A DNA stretch of 59,640 nt from Methanobacteriota archaeon. GTDB taxonomy: Archaea > JAADCQ01 > Methanopyri > Methanopyrales > Methanopyraceae. This document shows, one piece after another, positions 18,701 through 27,281 of the stretch (positions within the stretch are counted from its first letter, which is position 1; each line of letters starts with the position of its first letter). The notes under the pieces were generated by a model. That model did no database searches and had not been told where the DNA came from. It saw only the letters and a list, made by a program, of their open reading frames with translations. The stretch covers positions 1-59,640 of the forward strand of contig JAMOPY010000036.1 of NCBI GenBank assembly GCA_027064305.1, given 5' to 3'. The translations under genes and the position numbers were made by a program.

Positions 18701-18934
18701 CGCGTGCAGGAGATGCGCAAGGAGCTGGACCTGGACCTCGAGGAGCGGATCGAGGTGTGGATCGACGGGGACCGGGAGGTCCTGGAGGCCGTGCGGGAGC
18801 ACCGAGACGAGATCGCGCGGGAGGTGCGCGCCCGGGAGCTCAGCCTCGAGGCGCCACCCGAGGACTGCGACCTCGAGCGCGAGTGGGAGGTAGAGGACCG
18901 TAGCATCGTGATCGGCCTCCGACGGGGGGCCTAG
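15716..18934 (+). CDS. ileS: Isoleucyl-tRNA synthetase
   Basis: 'DGPPYASG.IHLG', 'GWDCHGLPIE', 'WTTTPWTLP', 'DQTRGWF', 'KMSKS'. Confidence 0.97.
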   Translation: MEPGPELEREIQERWEREDLLGKVRERNRDGPIFYFLDGPPYASGSIHLGTAWNKIIKDAVNRYRLMRGYRVRLQPGWDCHGLPIEVKVEQEVLSDEIECKKDIEEKVGVDRFVEKCKEFALKHVEIMTEQFKRLGVLMDWDHPYMTLDNEYIEGAWYTLKRAHERGLLARDVRIVNWCPRCETALADHEVEYKEIEDPSIFVLFPVEDDSEAEVDLPDNAALLIWTTTPWTLPANLAVAVHPEEEYVLARAEVNGEEWHLIVADKLKVVLSAVADSYEIVDRFPGEALEGVRYRPALWDEVPRLRELHGENDRVHRVYTAEWVTMEEGTGCVHVAPGHGEEDFELGREVGLPPHCPVAEDGTFTEEGGRYEGLYVRDANERIIEDLREKGLLAHEDTVRHRYGHCWRCKTPIIYRATEQWFLKVTEVKDEMLDWIERVEWIPEWAGHSRFRDWVENARDWCISRQRYWGIPLPVWECEECGHLEVVGSLDELKEKARELPDGEPDLHRPWVDRVILECPECGGEMRRVPDVLDVWVDSGVAAWASLGYPRRRDEFEEWFLKEGSCRPEDEEAGADFITEGHDQTRGWFYSQLGCGVITFGACPYRTVLMHGFTLDEEGRKMSKSLGNVVDPMDIVEEYGADTLRWYVLRSNAPWRDMHFSWRDVRDTHRALNVLWNAYRFTKMYSELDGFDPEEHPLEELEEHLQPEDRWLLSRIHTLVREVTDAMERYHVHEAARALYEFVTEDLSRWYIRLVRERVWLERDDPRKLAVYAVLYHAFDRLVRLLNPIVPHVAEHIYRDLLRGEDDPESVQLLDWPEPEEGWIDEELEEAMETVRDAAEAALSLRQRAGVKTRWPLRRLFVEVEDPERLEDLRDVLARVVNVKEVELGERFEEKVPVARPRPDKIGPEFRDLAGRIIRHVEEHSEEVARAILESGEYRTEVDGEEIILTEEHVEIEERLPEGWASAEFEGGRVYLYTEMDEELRREAWAREVIRRVQEMRKELDLDLEERIEVWIDGDREVLEAVREHRDEIAREVRARELSLEAPPEDCDLEREWEVEDRSIVIGLRRGA

Positions 18935-18937
18935 GCC

Positions 18938-21688
18938 GTGCGGGTCGACCCCTCCGAGTTCAGGCTGGAGTTCTTCGAGGAGATCGGGTTCGAGCGGAAG
19001 CGGTGCCCGAAGTGCGGTGAACACTTTTGGGCCCCGCCCGACGTGGAGGTCTGCAACGAGGCCCCGTGCGTCGAGTACTCCTTCATCGGGAACCCCCCGG
19101 CGCGCGCCCGGCTGGACGTCCGGGAGGCGGGTGAGCGGTTCCTCCGGTTCTTCGAGCGGCACGATCACGAGGTCATCGACCGGTACCCGGTCGTGGCCCG
19201 ATGGCGCGAGGACATCCACCTGACCATCGCCTCCATCGCCTGCTTCCAGCCCTGGGTCACCTCCGGTGAGGTTCCCCCGCCCGCCAACCCCCTCGTCATC
19301 AACCAGCCCTGCATCCGGCTCAACGACATCGACAACGTGGGGCGGACGGGGCGCCACTTCACCCTCTTCCACATGGGCGGCCACCACGCGTTCAACCGCC
19401 ACCCGCACGACCCGCGGGACGTGTACTGGAAGGAGGATACCGTCCGCCTGTGCTACGAGTTCACCGTGGAGGAGCTCGGCATCCCGGAGGAGAAGATCGC
19501 GTTCAAGGAATCCTGGTGGGAGGGAGGCGGCAACGCCGGTCCCTGCTTCGAGGTCGTGGTCGATGGCCTCGAGCTCGCCACCCTGGTCTTCATGCAGTAC
19601 GAGCGGGTCGGCGGCGAGTACCGGGAGCTACCGCAGAGGATCGTGGACACCGGGTACGGGATCGAGCGCTACGCCTGGATCACCACGGGCGAGCCCACGG
19701 CCTACGACGCCGTCTTCGGTGACCTGGTGGACCGCGTGGCCTCCGACCTGGGCGTGAGGCCCGACCGCGAGGCCCGCCGCGTCCTAGGCGAGCTGGCCCG
19801 CATCGCCGGCCTCTTCGACCTCGAGGGTGAGTCCGACCTGGAACGGCTGCGCGAGCGCGCGGCGCGGCGGCTCGACCTGGACGTGGAGGAGCTACGGCGC
19901 ATCGCCGAGCCCGTCGAGAGCGTCTACGCCCTGCTGGACCACGCCCGCTGCCTGGCCTTCATGCTCGGGGACGGCGTCGTCCCGTCCAACGCCGGAGAGG
20001 GCTACCTGGCCCGACTGGTCCTGAGGCGCGCCCTACGCCTGCTGGAGACGCTCGACGCCGAGCACGAGTACCTCCTGGACCTCGTGGACCTGATGCTCGA
20101 AGAGCACGCCGAGGACTACCCGGAGCTGAGGGAACGGTCCGACTACGTGCGGGACGCGATCGAGTGCGAAATCGAACGGTACCGGCGCACGCTGAAGCGC
20201 GGTCGAAGGGAGGTCCGCCGGCGGCTCCGCGAGAAGAAGGAGCTCACGTTCGACGACCTGGTGGAACTCTACGACTCGCACGGCGTGCCGCCGGAGCTGG
20301 TCCGGGAGATCGCGGAGGAGGAGGGCGTCGAGGTCGAGGTACCCGACGACTTCTACTCACGGGTCGCCGAGCGGCACGAGGGCGAGGAGGAAGAGGAGGA
20401 GCCCGAGGTCCTGGCCGAGCTCGAGCGGGCGGCCGTCGACAGGGACCTGCCCGAAACGCCGCTCAGGTTCTACGAGGACGAGCGGCGTCGCGAGTTCGAG
20501 GCCGAGGTGATCGACGTGGTGGAGACCGGGGACGGCGACTGGATCGTCCTCGACGAGACGTACTTCTATCCGGAGGGCGGCGGTCAGGAGGCCGACCGCG
20601 GCGCGCTCGAGTGGGACGGCGGTCGGGCCGAGGTCGTCGACGTCCAGAAGGTGCGGGGCGTGGTCTTCCACCGGGTGGAGGGTGACGTGCCCGAGCCGGG
20701 GACGAAGGTCAGGGCACGCATCGACCGCGAGCGGCGCGAGCGGCTCACCCGGCACCACACGGCCACGCACGTCATCCTCGAGGCCGCCCGGCGCGTGCTG
20801 GGGGACCACGTCTGGCAGGCCGGGGCGCACAAATCGCCCACGGAGGCCCGACTGGACATCACCCATCACCGACGCGTGACCAACGAGGAGCTCCGGGAGA
20901 TCGAGCGGTTGGCGAACGAGATCGTCATGCGCGACCTGCCCGTCCGCAAGTCCTTCATGGACCGGAACGAGGCCGAGCGGCGGTACGGGCTCGAGCTCTA
21001 CCAGGGCGGCGTGGTACCGGGTCGGGAGATCCGGGTCGTCGAGATCGAGGACTGGAACGTGCAGGCCTGCGCCGGCACGCACTGCGACCGGACCGGCGAG
21101 ATCGGCCCCATCAAGATCTTGGGCCGGGAGCGGATCCAGGACGGCGTCGAGCGGCTCCGGTTCGCCGCGGGTGAGGCCGCCCTGGAGCGGATCTGGGAGC
21201 TGGAGGACACCCTGAGCGAGGCCTGCAGCGTGCTCGACGTCGACCCGAAGAGCCTGCCGAGGACCGTGGAACGGTTCTTCAACGAGTGGAAGGAGCAGCG
21301 GAAGCGGATCCGGGAGCTCGAGCAGCGCCTGGTGAAGGCGGAGCTGATGGCCGCCCCCGAGCGCGCCGAGTCGATCGACGGCCTCCGGGTCGCTTACCTG
21401 GAGCTGGAGGGTGTGGAGCTCAAACCGGTGGTCAGCACGGTGCAGGAGCTCGTCAAGGAGCACCCGGACCTCGTCATGGTGGTCAAGATCACCTCCGGCG
21501 ACTCGTGCCAGGTCGTGGTGGGTAGCGGCGAGAACGCGCCCCCGGCCGTAGACCTAATGCGGAGGATCGGGGAGATCGTAAGCGGCGGGGGTGGAGGCGA
21601 CGAGACGGTGGCCCAGGGCGGCGGGTCGGCCCCGGACAGGCTCACGAGGGAGAAGGCGCTCGAGGTGGTGCGAGAAGCGCTGGAATGA
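18938..21688 (+). CDS. alaS: Alanyl-tRNA synthetase (archaeal type)
   Basis: 'IASIA.FQP', 'DTGYGIER', editing 'HTATH...CAGTH', C-terminal GGGG. Confidence 0.97.
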   Translation: MRVDPSEFRLEFFEEIGFERKRCPKCGEHFWAPPDVEVCNEAPCVEYSFIGNPPARARLDVREAGERFLRFFERHDHEVIDRYPVVARWREDIHLTIASIACFQPWVTSGEVPPPANPLVINQPCIRLNDIDNVGRTGRHFTLFHMGGHHAFNRHPHDPRDVYWKEDTVRLCYEFTVEELGIPEEKIAFKESWWEGGGNAGPCFEVVVDGLELATLVFMQYERVGGEYRELPQRIVDTGYGIERYAWITTGEPTAYDAVFGDLVDRVASDLGVRPDREARRVLGELARIAGLFDLEGESDLERLRERAARRLDLDVEELRRIAEPVESVYALLDHARCLAFMLGDGVVPSNAGEGYLARLVLRRALRLLETLDAEHEYLLDLVDLMLEEHAEDYPELRERSDYVRDAIECEIERYRRTLKRGRREVRRRLREKKELTFDDLVELYDSHGVPPELVREIAEEEGVEVEVPDDFYSRVAERHEGEEEEEEPEVLAELERAAVDRDLPETPLRFYEDERRREFEAEVIDVVETGDGDWIVLDETYFYPEGGGQEADRGALEWDGGRAEVVDVQKVRGVVFHRVEGDVPEPGTKVRARIDRERRERLTRHHTATHVILEAARRVLGDHVWQAGAHKSPTEARLDITHHRRVTNEELREIERLANEIVMRDLPVRKSFMDRNEAERRYGLELYQGGVVPGREIRVVEIEDWNVQACAGTHCDRTGEIGPIKILGRERIQDGVERLRFAAGEAALERIWELEDTLSEACSVLDVDPKSLPRTVERFFNEWKEQRKRIRELEQRLVKAELMAAPERAESIDGLRVAYLELEGVELKPVVSTVQELVKEHPDLVMVVKITSGDSCQVVVGSGENAPPAVDLMRRIGEIVSGGGGGDETVAQGGGSAPDRLTREKALEVVREALE

Positions 21689-21748
21689 GGAGCACCCCCG
21701 GCACCGACCCGGAGCGGGATGACGAGGGTGGTCCTTGCACCCGACCTC
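21683..21748 (+). ncRNA. Box C/D guide sRNA overlapping the alaS stop
   Basis: AUGAGGA(21685)-gcacccccggca-CCGA-cccggagcggg-AUGACGA-ggguggucuuugcac-like 15-nt guide (21726-21740)-CCGA(21744). Confidence 0.75.
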
Positions 21749-21757
21749 TTCAGGGAT

Positions 21758-21763
21758 AAAAAA
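21758..21763 (-). terminator. Oligo-T archaeal terminator candidate
   Basis: T6 tract on the minus strand about 12 nt after the stop of the 21775-22683 gene. Confidence 0.5.
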
Positions 21764-21774
21764 CAGGGGTGGGG

Positions 21775-22683
21775 CTACCCGCGCCGCATCCGAGCCGGTA
21801 GGACCAGCGCGACCAGCGCCAGCGCCGACACCGGCAGCTTCCCGTACGCCTCCTCGGCCTCCCGCGCCACCTGCACCGCGGTCATGATGTCACTCAGGTA
21901 TCGCCGGGCGAAGTCCAGCGCCGCCTGAGCCTCGCTCATCATCCGATCCATATTCTCCCGGTTGGAGAAGAAGTTCAGCAGCTCCCGCGCTACCTCTCGG
22001 CCCGATTCGGCCAGCCTCTGCAGCTCGGACCGATTCAGCTGGAAGAACTCGGACGTGTTGGCCCGGACCGTGGCCTGCACGTCCAAGCTGACGCGGGCCC
22101 GCACGGACACCTCCTGGGGTACGGAGGCCTCGGTCACCCACACGATGACCTGCGCCCTTCGACTCCACCGGTCCGGGCTAACGACGCTCTCTACCCGCCG
22201 CACTACCTGCTGAACCCAGTCCGGCTTCAGGAACCTCTTCTCCACCTTCGGACCGGTCACCGTGACCACCTTGACCTGCACGAACCGCTCCTTGACCTCC
22301 TCCCACGTGGGCACGACCATCTCACCGACCGGGTGACGCCCCATCGGGTTCAGGCAGTACGCCGAGATCACCCGACCGACAAGGTCACCCGGGAAGGTCA
22401 CCCGAGTGCCCTCGACGCTCACCTTTTCCCTCGGGATCGGCAGCAGGAACGGCTGCGTCTTGAACGGGCCGGAACCCTGCAGGTCCCCCTTCTCCACCAT
22501 GATCAGGTCCACGTAGCGGTCTCCTATGATCACCGCGTACTTCTGGGTGTCCACGGGCTCGGCCCTGGTGATCTTCACCTTGAACGGCCCGACCACCTCA
22601 CCCGCCACTGGGTACTCTTCCGCGGCCGAGGCGCCCGTCACCGCCGCCATCAGGACCGCGGCGAGCAGCAGCGTCGCCCTCAC
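21775..22683 (-). CDS. Secreted/surface protein with signal peptide and C-terminal anchor
   Basis: N-term 'MRATLLLAAVLMAAVTGASA'; C-term 'LPVSALALVALVLPARMRRG'. Confidence 0.75.
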   Translation of the reverse strand: MRATLLLAAVLMAAVTGASAAEEYPVAGEVVGPFKVKITRAEPVDTQKYAVIIGDRYVDLIMVEKGDLQGSGPFKTQPFLLPIPREKVSVEGTRVTFPGDLVGRVISAYCLNPMGRHPVGEMVVPTWEEVKERFVQVKVVTVTGPKVEKRFLKPDWVQQVVRRVESVVSPDRWSRRAQVIVWVTEASVPQEVSVRARVSLDVQATVRANTSEFFQLNRSELQRLAESGREVARELLNFFSNRENMDRMMSEAQAALDFARRYLSDIMTAVQVAREAEEAYGKLPVSALALVALVLPARMRRG

Positions 22684-22704
22684 GTTCCCTACCCCGGCCC
22701 CCTG

Positions 22705-23589
22705 TCACCTTACCGTGGGGTTAAGGGCTTTTCCATTCCGCACCCGGGGGCACCGTGGATCGGGCATGAGCCTCCCGGACACGTTCCAGGCGTACGCGTT
22801 ACATCCACCCTGACACTCCCCGTACCTCGGGCAGTCGCGGCACGGTCCCCGGGGCTCCAGCTCACTCAGCCGCTCGAACTCGTCCAGGTCCCTCAGCACG
22901 AACCCCTTCCAGTGTTGGCACGGGGTGAGCCGGGCATCGACCCGCACGTGCACGTTGTACTCGCCGTGTCGGCACGAGGTGAACGGGACCTCCTCCTGGA
23001 AGGGCATCCCGGCCAGGAGGGCCCGCTCCAGGCTCCTCACCAGCGCGGGCAGTCGGTCGTGCGGGTACCGGTCCAGCGGGTCGTCGCGGTCCCGCGGCAC
23101 GTAGGCGATGACGAAGTGCGCCGAGGCGCCCCGCTCGATCACGAGCTCGTTGACGCGTTCCAGGTCCTCGAACGTGTCCCGGCAAGCGACCGTGTTCGCG
23201 TAGAGCTCTCCGGGCTCCAGCCTCTCGACCCGCTCCCAGGCGCGCAGGGCGCCGCGTAGCCCGTACCCTCGGTGCGGTTCGACCGCCACGTACACGTGGT
23301 CCGCGTCGGAGAGCGCCGGGTGGACCTCGGTGGCCACGTTCACACCCACGCCCGCGTCGTAGCGCCGGGGCAGGTCCATCGCCTCCTCGAACCGGGGGTG
23401 CAGGCAGGGCTCGCCGCCCGTCAGGATGACGAACCCGACGTCGTACCGGTCGTCCAGCTCGCGGAGGAGCCGGTCCAGCTCGTCCAGGTCCAGGTCGCGC
23501 GCCCCGTACGCGTCCTGTCGGAGGTTGCAGTGGGGGCACGAGTGAGGGCATCGGGTGGTCAGGTCCACGGTCACGTGGAACTCTCCCAA
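22705..23589 (-). CDS. Radical SAM/SPASM protein
   Basis: 'CPHSCPHC', 'TGGEP', 'CRDC.....CQGGC...DPRCP'. Confidence 0.85.
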   Translation of the reverse strand: MGEFHVTVDLTTRCPHSCPHCNLRQDAYGARDLDLDELDRLLRELDDRYDVGFVILTGGEPCLHPRFEEAMDLPRRYDAGVGVNVATEVHPALSDADHVYVAVEPHRGYGLRGALRAWERVERLEPGELYANTVACRDTFEDLERVNELVIERGASAHFVIAYVPRDRDDPLDRYPHDRLPALVRSLERALLAGMPFQEEVPFTSCRHGEYNVHVRVDARLTPCQHWKGFVLRDLDEFERLSELEPRGPCRDCPRYGECQGGCNAYAWNVSGRLMPDPRCPRVRNGKALNPTVR

Positions 23590-23602
23590 CCCGGGCCCCC
23601 CA

Positions 23603-23625
23603 ATCGTTACGCTATCCTTAACGAT
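23603..23625. promoter_or_regulatory. Spaced palindrome ATCGTTA-N9-TAACGAT (copy 1)
   Basis: ATCGTTA cgctatcct TAACGAT between the nrdD stop and the radical SAM start; two more copies in the window. Confidence 0.75.
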
Positions 23626-23640
23626 AGGCCGTGGTCGGGG

Positions 23641-25425
23641 TTAGAGGGAGTGGCGGTACCGCTCCCGGTGCTCCTGCTTCTTACCGTCCACGAACGAGTC
23701 CACGGGGGCCAGGTACCCGGTCACCCGGGACCACACCGTGGTCCGGGTCCCGCACTCCGGGCACCGCTCCACGACGCCCTCGTAGGTGCGTTGGCACCGG
23801 TCGCAGACGCTGTAGTCCCGGGTGAAGGCCAGGAACCCGACGGTGTTCTTGCGCATGAGTCGCACGCCGAACTTGGCCAGGGTCTCCGGGAAGTCCACGC
23901 GCTCCCCCAGCCAGATGTGCGCGATGTGCCCACCGAGCGTGAGCGGATGGAACCTCGCCTCTAGCTCCACGCGGTCCACGACGTCGAGCTCCACGTCGTA
24001 CGGCACGTGGCACGAGTTGGTCAGGTACGGGCGCTCCCTGGTCCCGCGGACGACGGCCTCGTCCCCGAACTTCCTCAGGTAGGCGCGGGCGAGCCGCTCG
24101 GCCGCGGACTCCGCGGGGGACTGGACGACCGACCACCGGCGCCCGTCCCGCTCGTGGAACTCCTCGCGGATCTCGTTCAGGTACTCCACGACCCGAAGGG
24201 CCAGCCGGAGGGCCGACCGATCCTCCCAGAAGTGGGACCCGGTGAGCACCTCGATCGCCTCGGCGAGCCCCACGAACCCGAGGCTCCAGGTCGTGTGCTC
24301 GTACCGGAAGTAGGGCTCTCCCTCCCCGTTCGGCCGCCAGTTCTGGCACCCGTCGTACAGCCCCGCCTCGAGGCACCGCTTCACGCACCGCCACCGGGCC
24401 AGGAGGGCCCGCCGAGCGAGCTCGCAGTACTCCCGGAGCCGCTCGAGGAACGCGTCCTCGTCCCCCGCCTCGTGCGCGATCAGGGGCAGGTTCAGCGTCA
24501 CGTACTCGAAGTTGCCCGTGCGGATGGTGTCCACGTCCCACTCGCCCGTCCAGTTCGTCGCCAGGCAGGTCCGACAGCCCATGTAGTTCACGTTCTCGCC
24601 CACGATCCGACGCCACTTCGGGTTGAGCAGGTTGGCGAAGTACACGGCCCCGTTCTCGGCCGCCACCCGGAAGGCGAGCTCCAGCGTCTCCTCGTCGTAC
24701 CCCGGCCGCACCTTGACGATCAGCTGCGGGAACTTGAGCGGGGCCCCGGCCGCATCCCCCTCCAGCTGCACCTCCAGCAGGGCCCGGGCGAACATGATCG
24801 CCTCCTCCTCGAAGTCCCCGTAGGTTCCCACCACCCGACCCCGGGGACCGATCGCCGGCTCGTCCTCCAGGAACTCCGGGCAGGTGAGCTCGAGGTTCAC
24901 GTTGGTGAACGCGGGCTGGCCGCCTCGGGCCACGAGGTCCTGCGTCGCCTCGAACATCATGATCTGCGCCAGCTGCTTGACCTCCCCGTAGCTGAGCCCC
25001 TCCTCCGCGATGTAGGGGGCCACGAGGAAGTTCACGAAGTCCTGACCCTGACCCCCGGCGAAGAAGTTCTGCGACGTCATCAGCCACTTCAGGATGTGCA
25101 GGACCGCCACCTCCGCGTGCTTCGCCGGCTTGCTCACGCACGTGAGTCGACCGATGGGGCTGCGCGCGTACAGCCCGTGCCTCAGTACCCACCGGCAGTC
25201 GTGCTGACAGCAGTTGGACCGGGTCAGGGCGTAGTCCAGGTCGTGAATGTGCAGGTAACCCTCCCGGTGCGCCCGGGCCACCTCGGGCTCCAGCACGTCG
25301 TTCAGGAACCGCTCCTTCTGCACCCGGTCCTGCAGCAGCTTCGAGACCACCTCCGGCGTGGGGAGCATGTTCGCGTTCCGGGCCGCCCGGATCGGCTCCT
25401 CCAGCACCTCTTCCGGCAGCTCCAC
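23641..25425 (-). CDS. nrdD: Class III (anaerobic) ribonucleoside-triphosphate reductase, no ATP cone
   Basis: 'H..G.LHIHDLD', 'NCC', 'AGGQ', 'YMGCRT', 'GN..YVTLNLP', 'YLTNS', Zn CxxC..CPxCG, glycyl-radical 'SRVTGY'. Confidence 0.93.
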   Translation of the reverse strand: MELPEEVLEEPIRAARNANMLPTPEVVSKLLQDRVQKERFLNDVLEPEVARAHREGYLHIHDLDYALTRSNCCQHDCRWVLRHGLYARSPIGRLTCVSKPAKHAEVAVLHILKWLMTSQNFFAGGQGQDFVNFLVAPYIAEEGLSYGEVKQLAQIMMFEATQDLVARGGQPAFTNVNLELTCPEFLEDEPAIGPRGRVVGTYGDFEEEAIMFARALLEVQLEGDAAGAPLKFPQLIVKVRPGYDEETLELAFRVAAENGAVYFANLLNPKWRRIVGENVNYMGCRTCLATNWTGEWDVDTIRTGNFEYVTLNLPLIAHEAGDEDAFLERLREYCELARRALLARWRCVKRCLEAGLYDGCQNWRPNGEGEPYFRYEHTTWSLGFVGLAEAIEVLTGSHFWEDRSALRLALRVVEYLNEIREEFHERDGRRWSVVQSPAESAAERLARAYLRKFGDEAVVRGTRERPYLTNSCHVPYDVELDVVDRVELEARFHPLTLGGHIAHIWLGERVDFPETLAKFGVRLMRKNTVGFLAFTRDYSVCDRCQRTYEGVVERCPECGTRTTVWSRVTGYLAPVDSFVDGKKQEHRERYRHSL

Positions 25426-25573
25426 CTCGACGCCCTGACCGGGAGCGGACCGCGCCGGGTTAAGCCCCCTTCGCCCGCGTTCGCCCCGGGAGCCCCGCGC
25501 TCACCGCGGGCGCGTCGATCACACCCCGCCGGGGCGCCCGGTATGTTTTCCGTTTGGAAAAAGTTGCCGATAC

Positions 25574-27202
25574 CTAAGGTTCTCCCGAAATGTCACGAAC
25601 CCATTCCAGCGCCTCAAACCTTAGCTTTGGCCCCTCATGCGCGAGCCTCAACAGGTTCACCGCCGCCTCACTACCCCGCTCCCGGCACAGCCGCCGAAAC
25701 AGCTTCAGCGCGCGCCGCTCCGAGGCCAACGCCGTCCGAACGTACTCCCGTTCGAACTCCTCCGACTCCACGATCTCCGGCCGCTCCACCAGCTCCTCCA
25801 TCACGTCCTCACCGACGTTACCCAGCGAGGCCACCCACCACGGCAGCAGCGTCGCCTCCTCCCACCCCACCGTCACCTCTCCACCGTCCCACCGAATCCG
25901 GATCCCCTCCAACGGCTCCAACGAGCCCAACGACACGCCCACCGGAAACGCCCGCAGCGCCTCCCTCACCGGGCGCGTCCCCACCCGATCCGCCACCTCG
26001 CCCACCGCATCCAGCACCGACACCGGATCGTGCGCCTCCGCCGGCGGGTTCAGCGTCATGGCGAACCCCAGCCCGACGCCCGACAGGCAGGCCGCCTCGA
26101 ACGCCTCCTCCGGCTCCCCCTCCACCACCACCTCCCACGGCGTCTCCACCCGCACGTCCACCCCCTCCACCTCACCCAGGAGCACCTCCGGCAGCATCCC
26201 CAGGTCCGCCCGGCGCGCGAACCACGCCAGACGGGAGAGCGACATCGGAGCCCCCCTCAGCGGGCGGAACCGGCGACCCCGCCACCACCCCCACCACCGG
26301 TACAGGCCCGCCCACGCGTCCCCCTCCCCCGGCGAGGGCACCTCACCCCGCTCCTCACCCAACCGAGCCTGCCGCACCCGGTCCACCAGCGGATCCGCGT
26401 CCTCCCGGGGCCGGATCGGACCCCGGACGGCCACCCACACGTTCCAGTCCCCGGCCTCCTCCAGCACGTCCTCCGGCTCCACCGGGACCCGACCGTCCCC
26501 GGCCCTCACCACCAGACCCAGGAAGCACCGGTCCGTCTGGTAGACCACCAGCTCGGGGTGATCCACGAACTCCGCCGCCACCGGCTCCACCTCCCCCACC
26601 GCCTCCACCAGCCACAGCTCCAGCCCCGGCGTCCTAACCCTCGGAAGCTTCTTGCCCAGCGCCAACCACTCCAGCGCCTCCAGCCGGTCCCGCTGGTACC
26701 GGGGGAGCTCCCTCGCCTCGGGCGCGTCCAGCACCGGCGACAGCTCGTCCACGCACCGCCACGGGTCCCCCCGGTACCCCAACGCCTGCAGCAACGGCGC
26801 GCACGCGAGCGCGGCCGCCGCGTGCAGGAGGTCCTCCGACTCCCCCTCCCCCTCCACCAGCGCCGCGGTCAGCGCCAGGAATGCCCGCCCGTGCGTGGCG
26901 AACCCCACGTCGCAGTACTCGATCTCCGGGTAGAGCCGTCCGCCCCGGGCCACGAACGGCCGGGCCGGCACGACCAGGTCCAGGGTGGACGTCTGCAGGC
27001 TCTCCAGCAGGCCGCCGGGACCGCGGTACCGCTCCGCCAGCAGCTCGCTGGCGTCACCCACGGGATCCTCGCACCGGGCCCGGTACTCCAGGTACACCGG
27101 CTCCCGCCGGAACGCCACCCGGAACGCGTGCCGACCCGGCCGGAGACGCCGCTTCCTCGGGCTCCCCAGGAAAACGTCTTGTAGCTCGAACCCCACCTCC
27201 AA
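25574..27202 (-). CDS. Hypothetical protein (about 540 aa)
   Basis: Long ORF with E/V/G-rich composition like neighbouring genes; TTG start at 27202. Confidence 0.65.
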   Translation of the reverse strand: MEVGFELQDVFLGSPRKRRLRPGRHAFRVAFRREPVYLEYRARCEDPVGDASELLAERYRGPGGLLESLQTSTLDLVVPARPFVARGGRLYPEIEYCDVGFATHGRAFLALTAALVEGEGESEDLLHAAAALACAPLLQALGYRGDPWRCVDELSPVLDAPEARELPRYQRDRLEALEWLALGKKLPRVRTPGLELWLVEAVGEVEPVAAEFVDHPELVVYQTDRCFLGLVVRAGDGRVPVEPEDVLEEAGDWNVWVAVRGPIRPREDADPLVDRVRQARLGEERGEVPSPGEGDAWAGLYRWWGWWRGRRFRPLRGAPMSLSRLAWFARRADLGMLPEVLLGEVEGVDVRVETPWEVVVEGEPEEAFEAACLSGVGLGFAMTLNPPAEAHDPVSVLDAVGEVADRVGTRPVREALRAFPVGVSLGSLEPLEGIRIRWDGGEVTVGWEEATLLPWWVASLGNVGEDVMEELVERPEIVESEEFEREYVRTALASERRALKLFRRLCRERGSEAAVNLLRLAHEGPKLRFEALEWVRDISGEP

Positions 27203-27210
27203 CCGGGATC

Positions 27211-27274
27211 CCCCCGATGAGGAGTGCACTACCGCCCGAGCTGAATGAGGAGGGGTCGCTTCGCCGAGGCGGGG
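27211..27274 (+). ncRNA. Box C/D guide sRNA
   Basis: AUGAGGA(27217)-gugcacuaccgc-CCGA-gcuga-AUGAGGA-ggggucgcuucg-CCGA(27267); two 12-nt guides; flanking cccc/gggg. Confidence 0.82.
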
Positions 27275-27281
27275 ACCGAGG

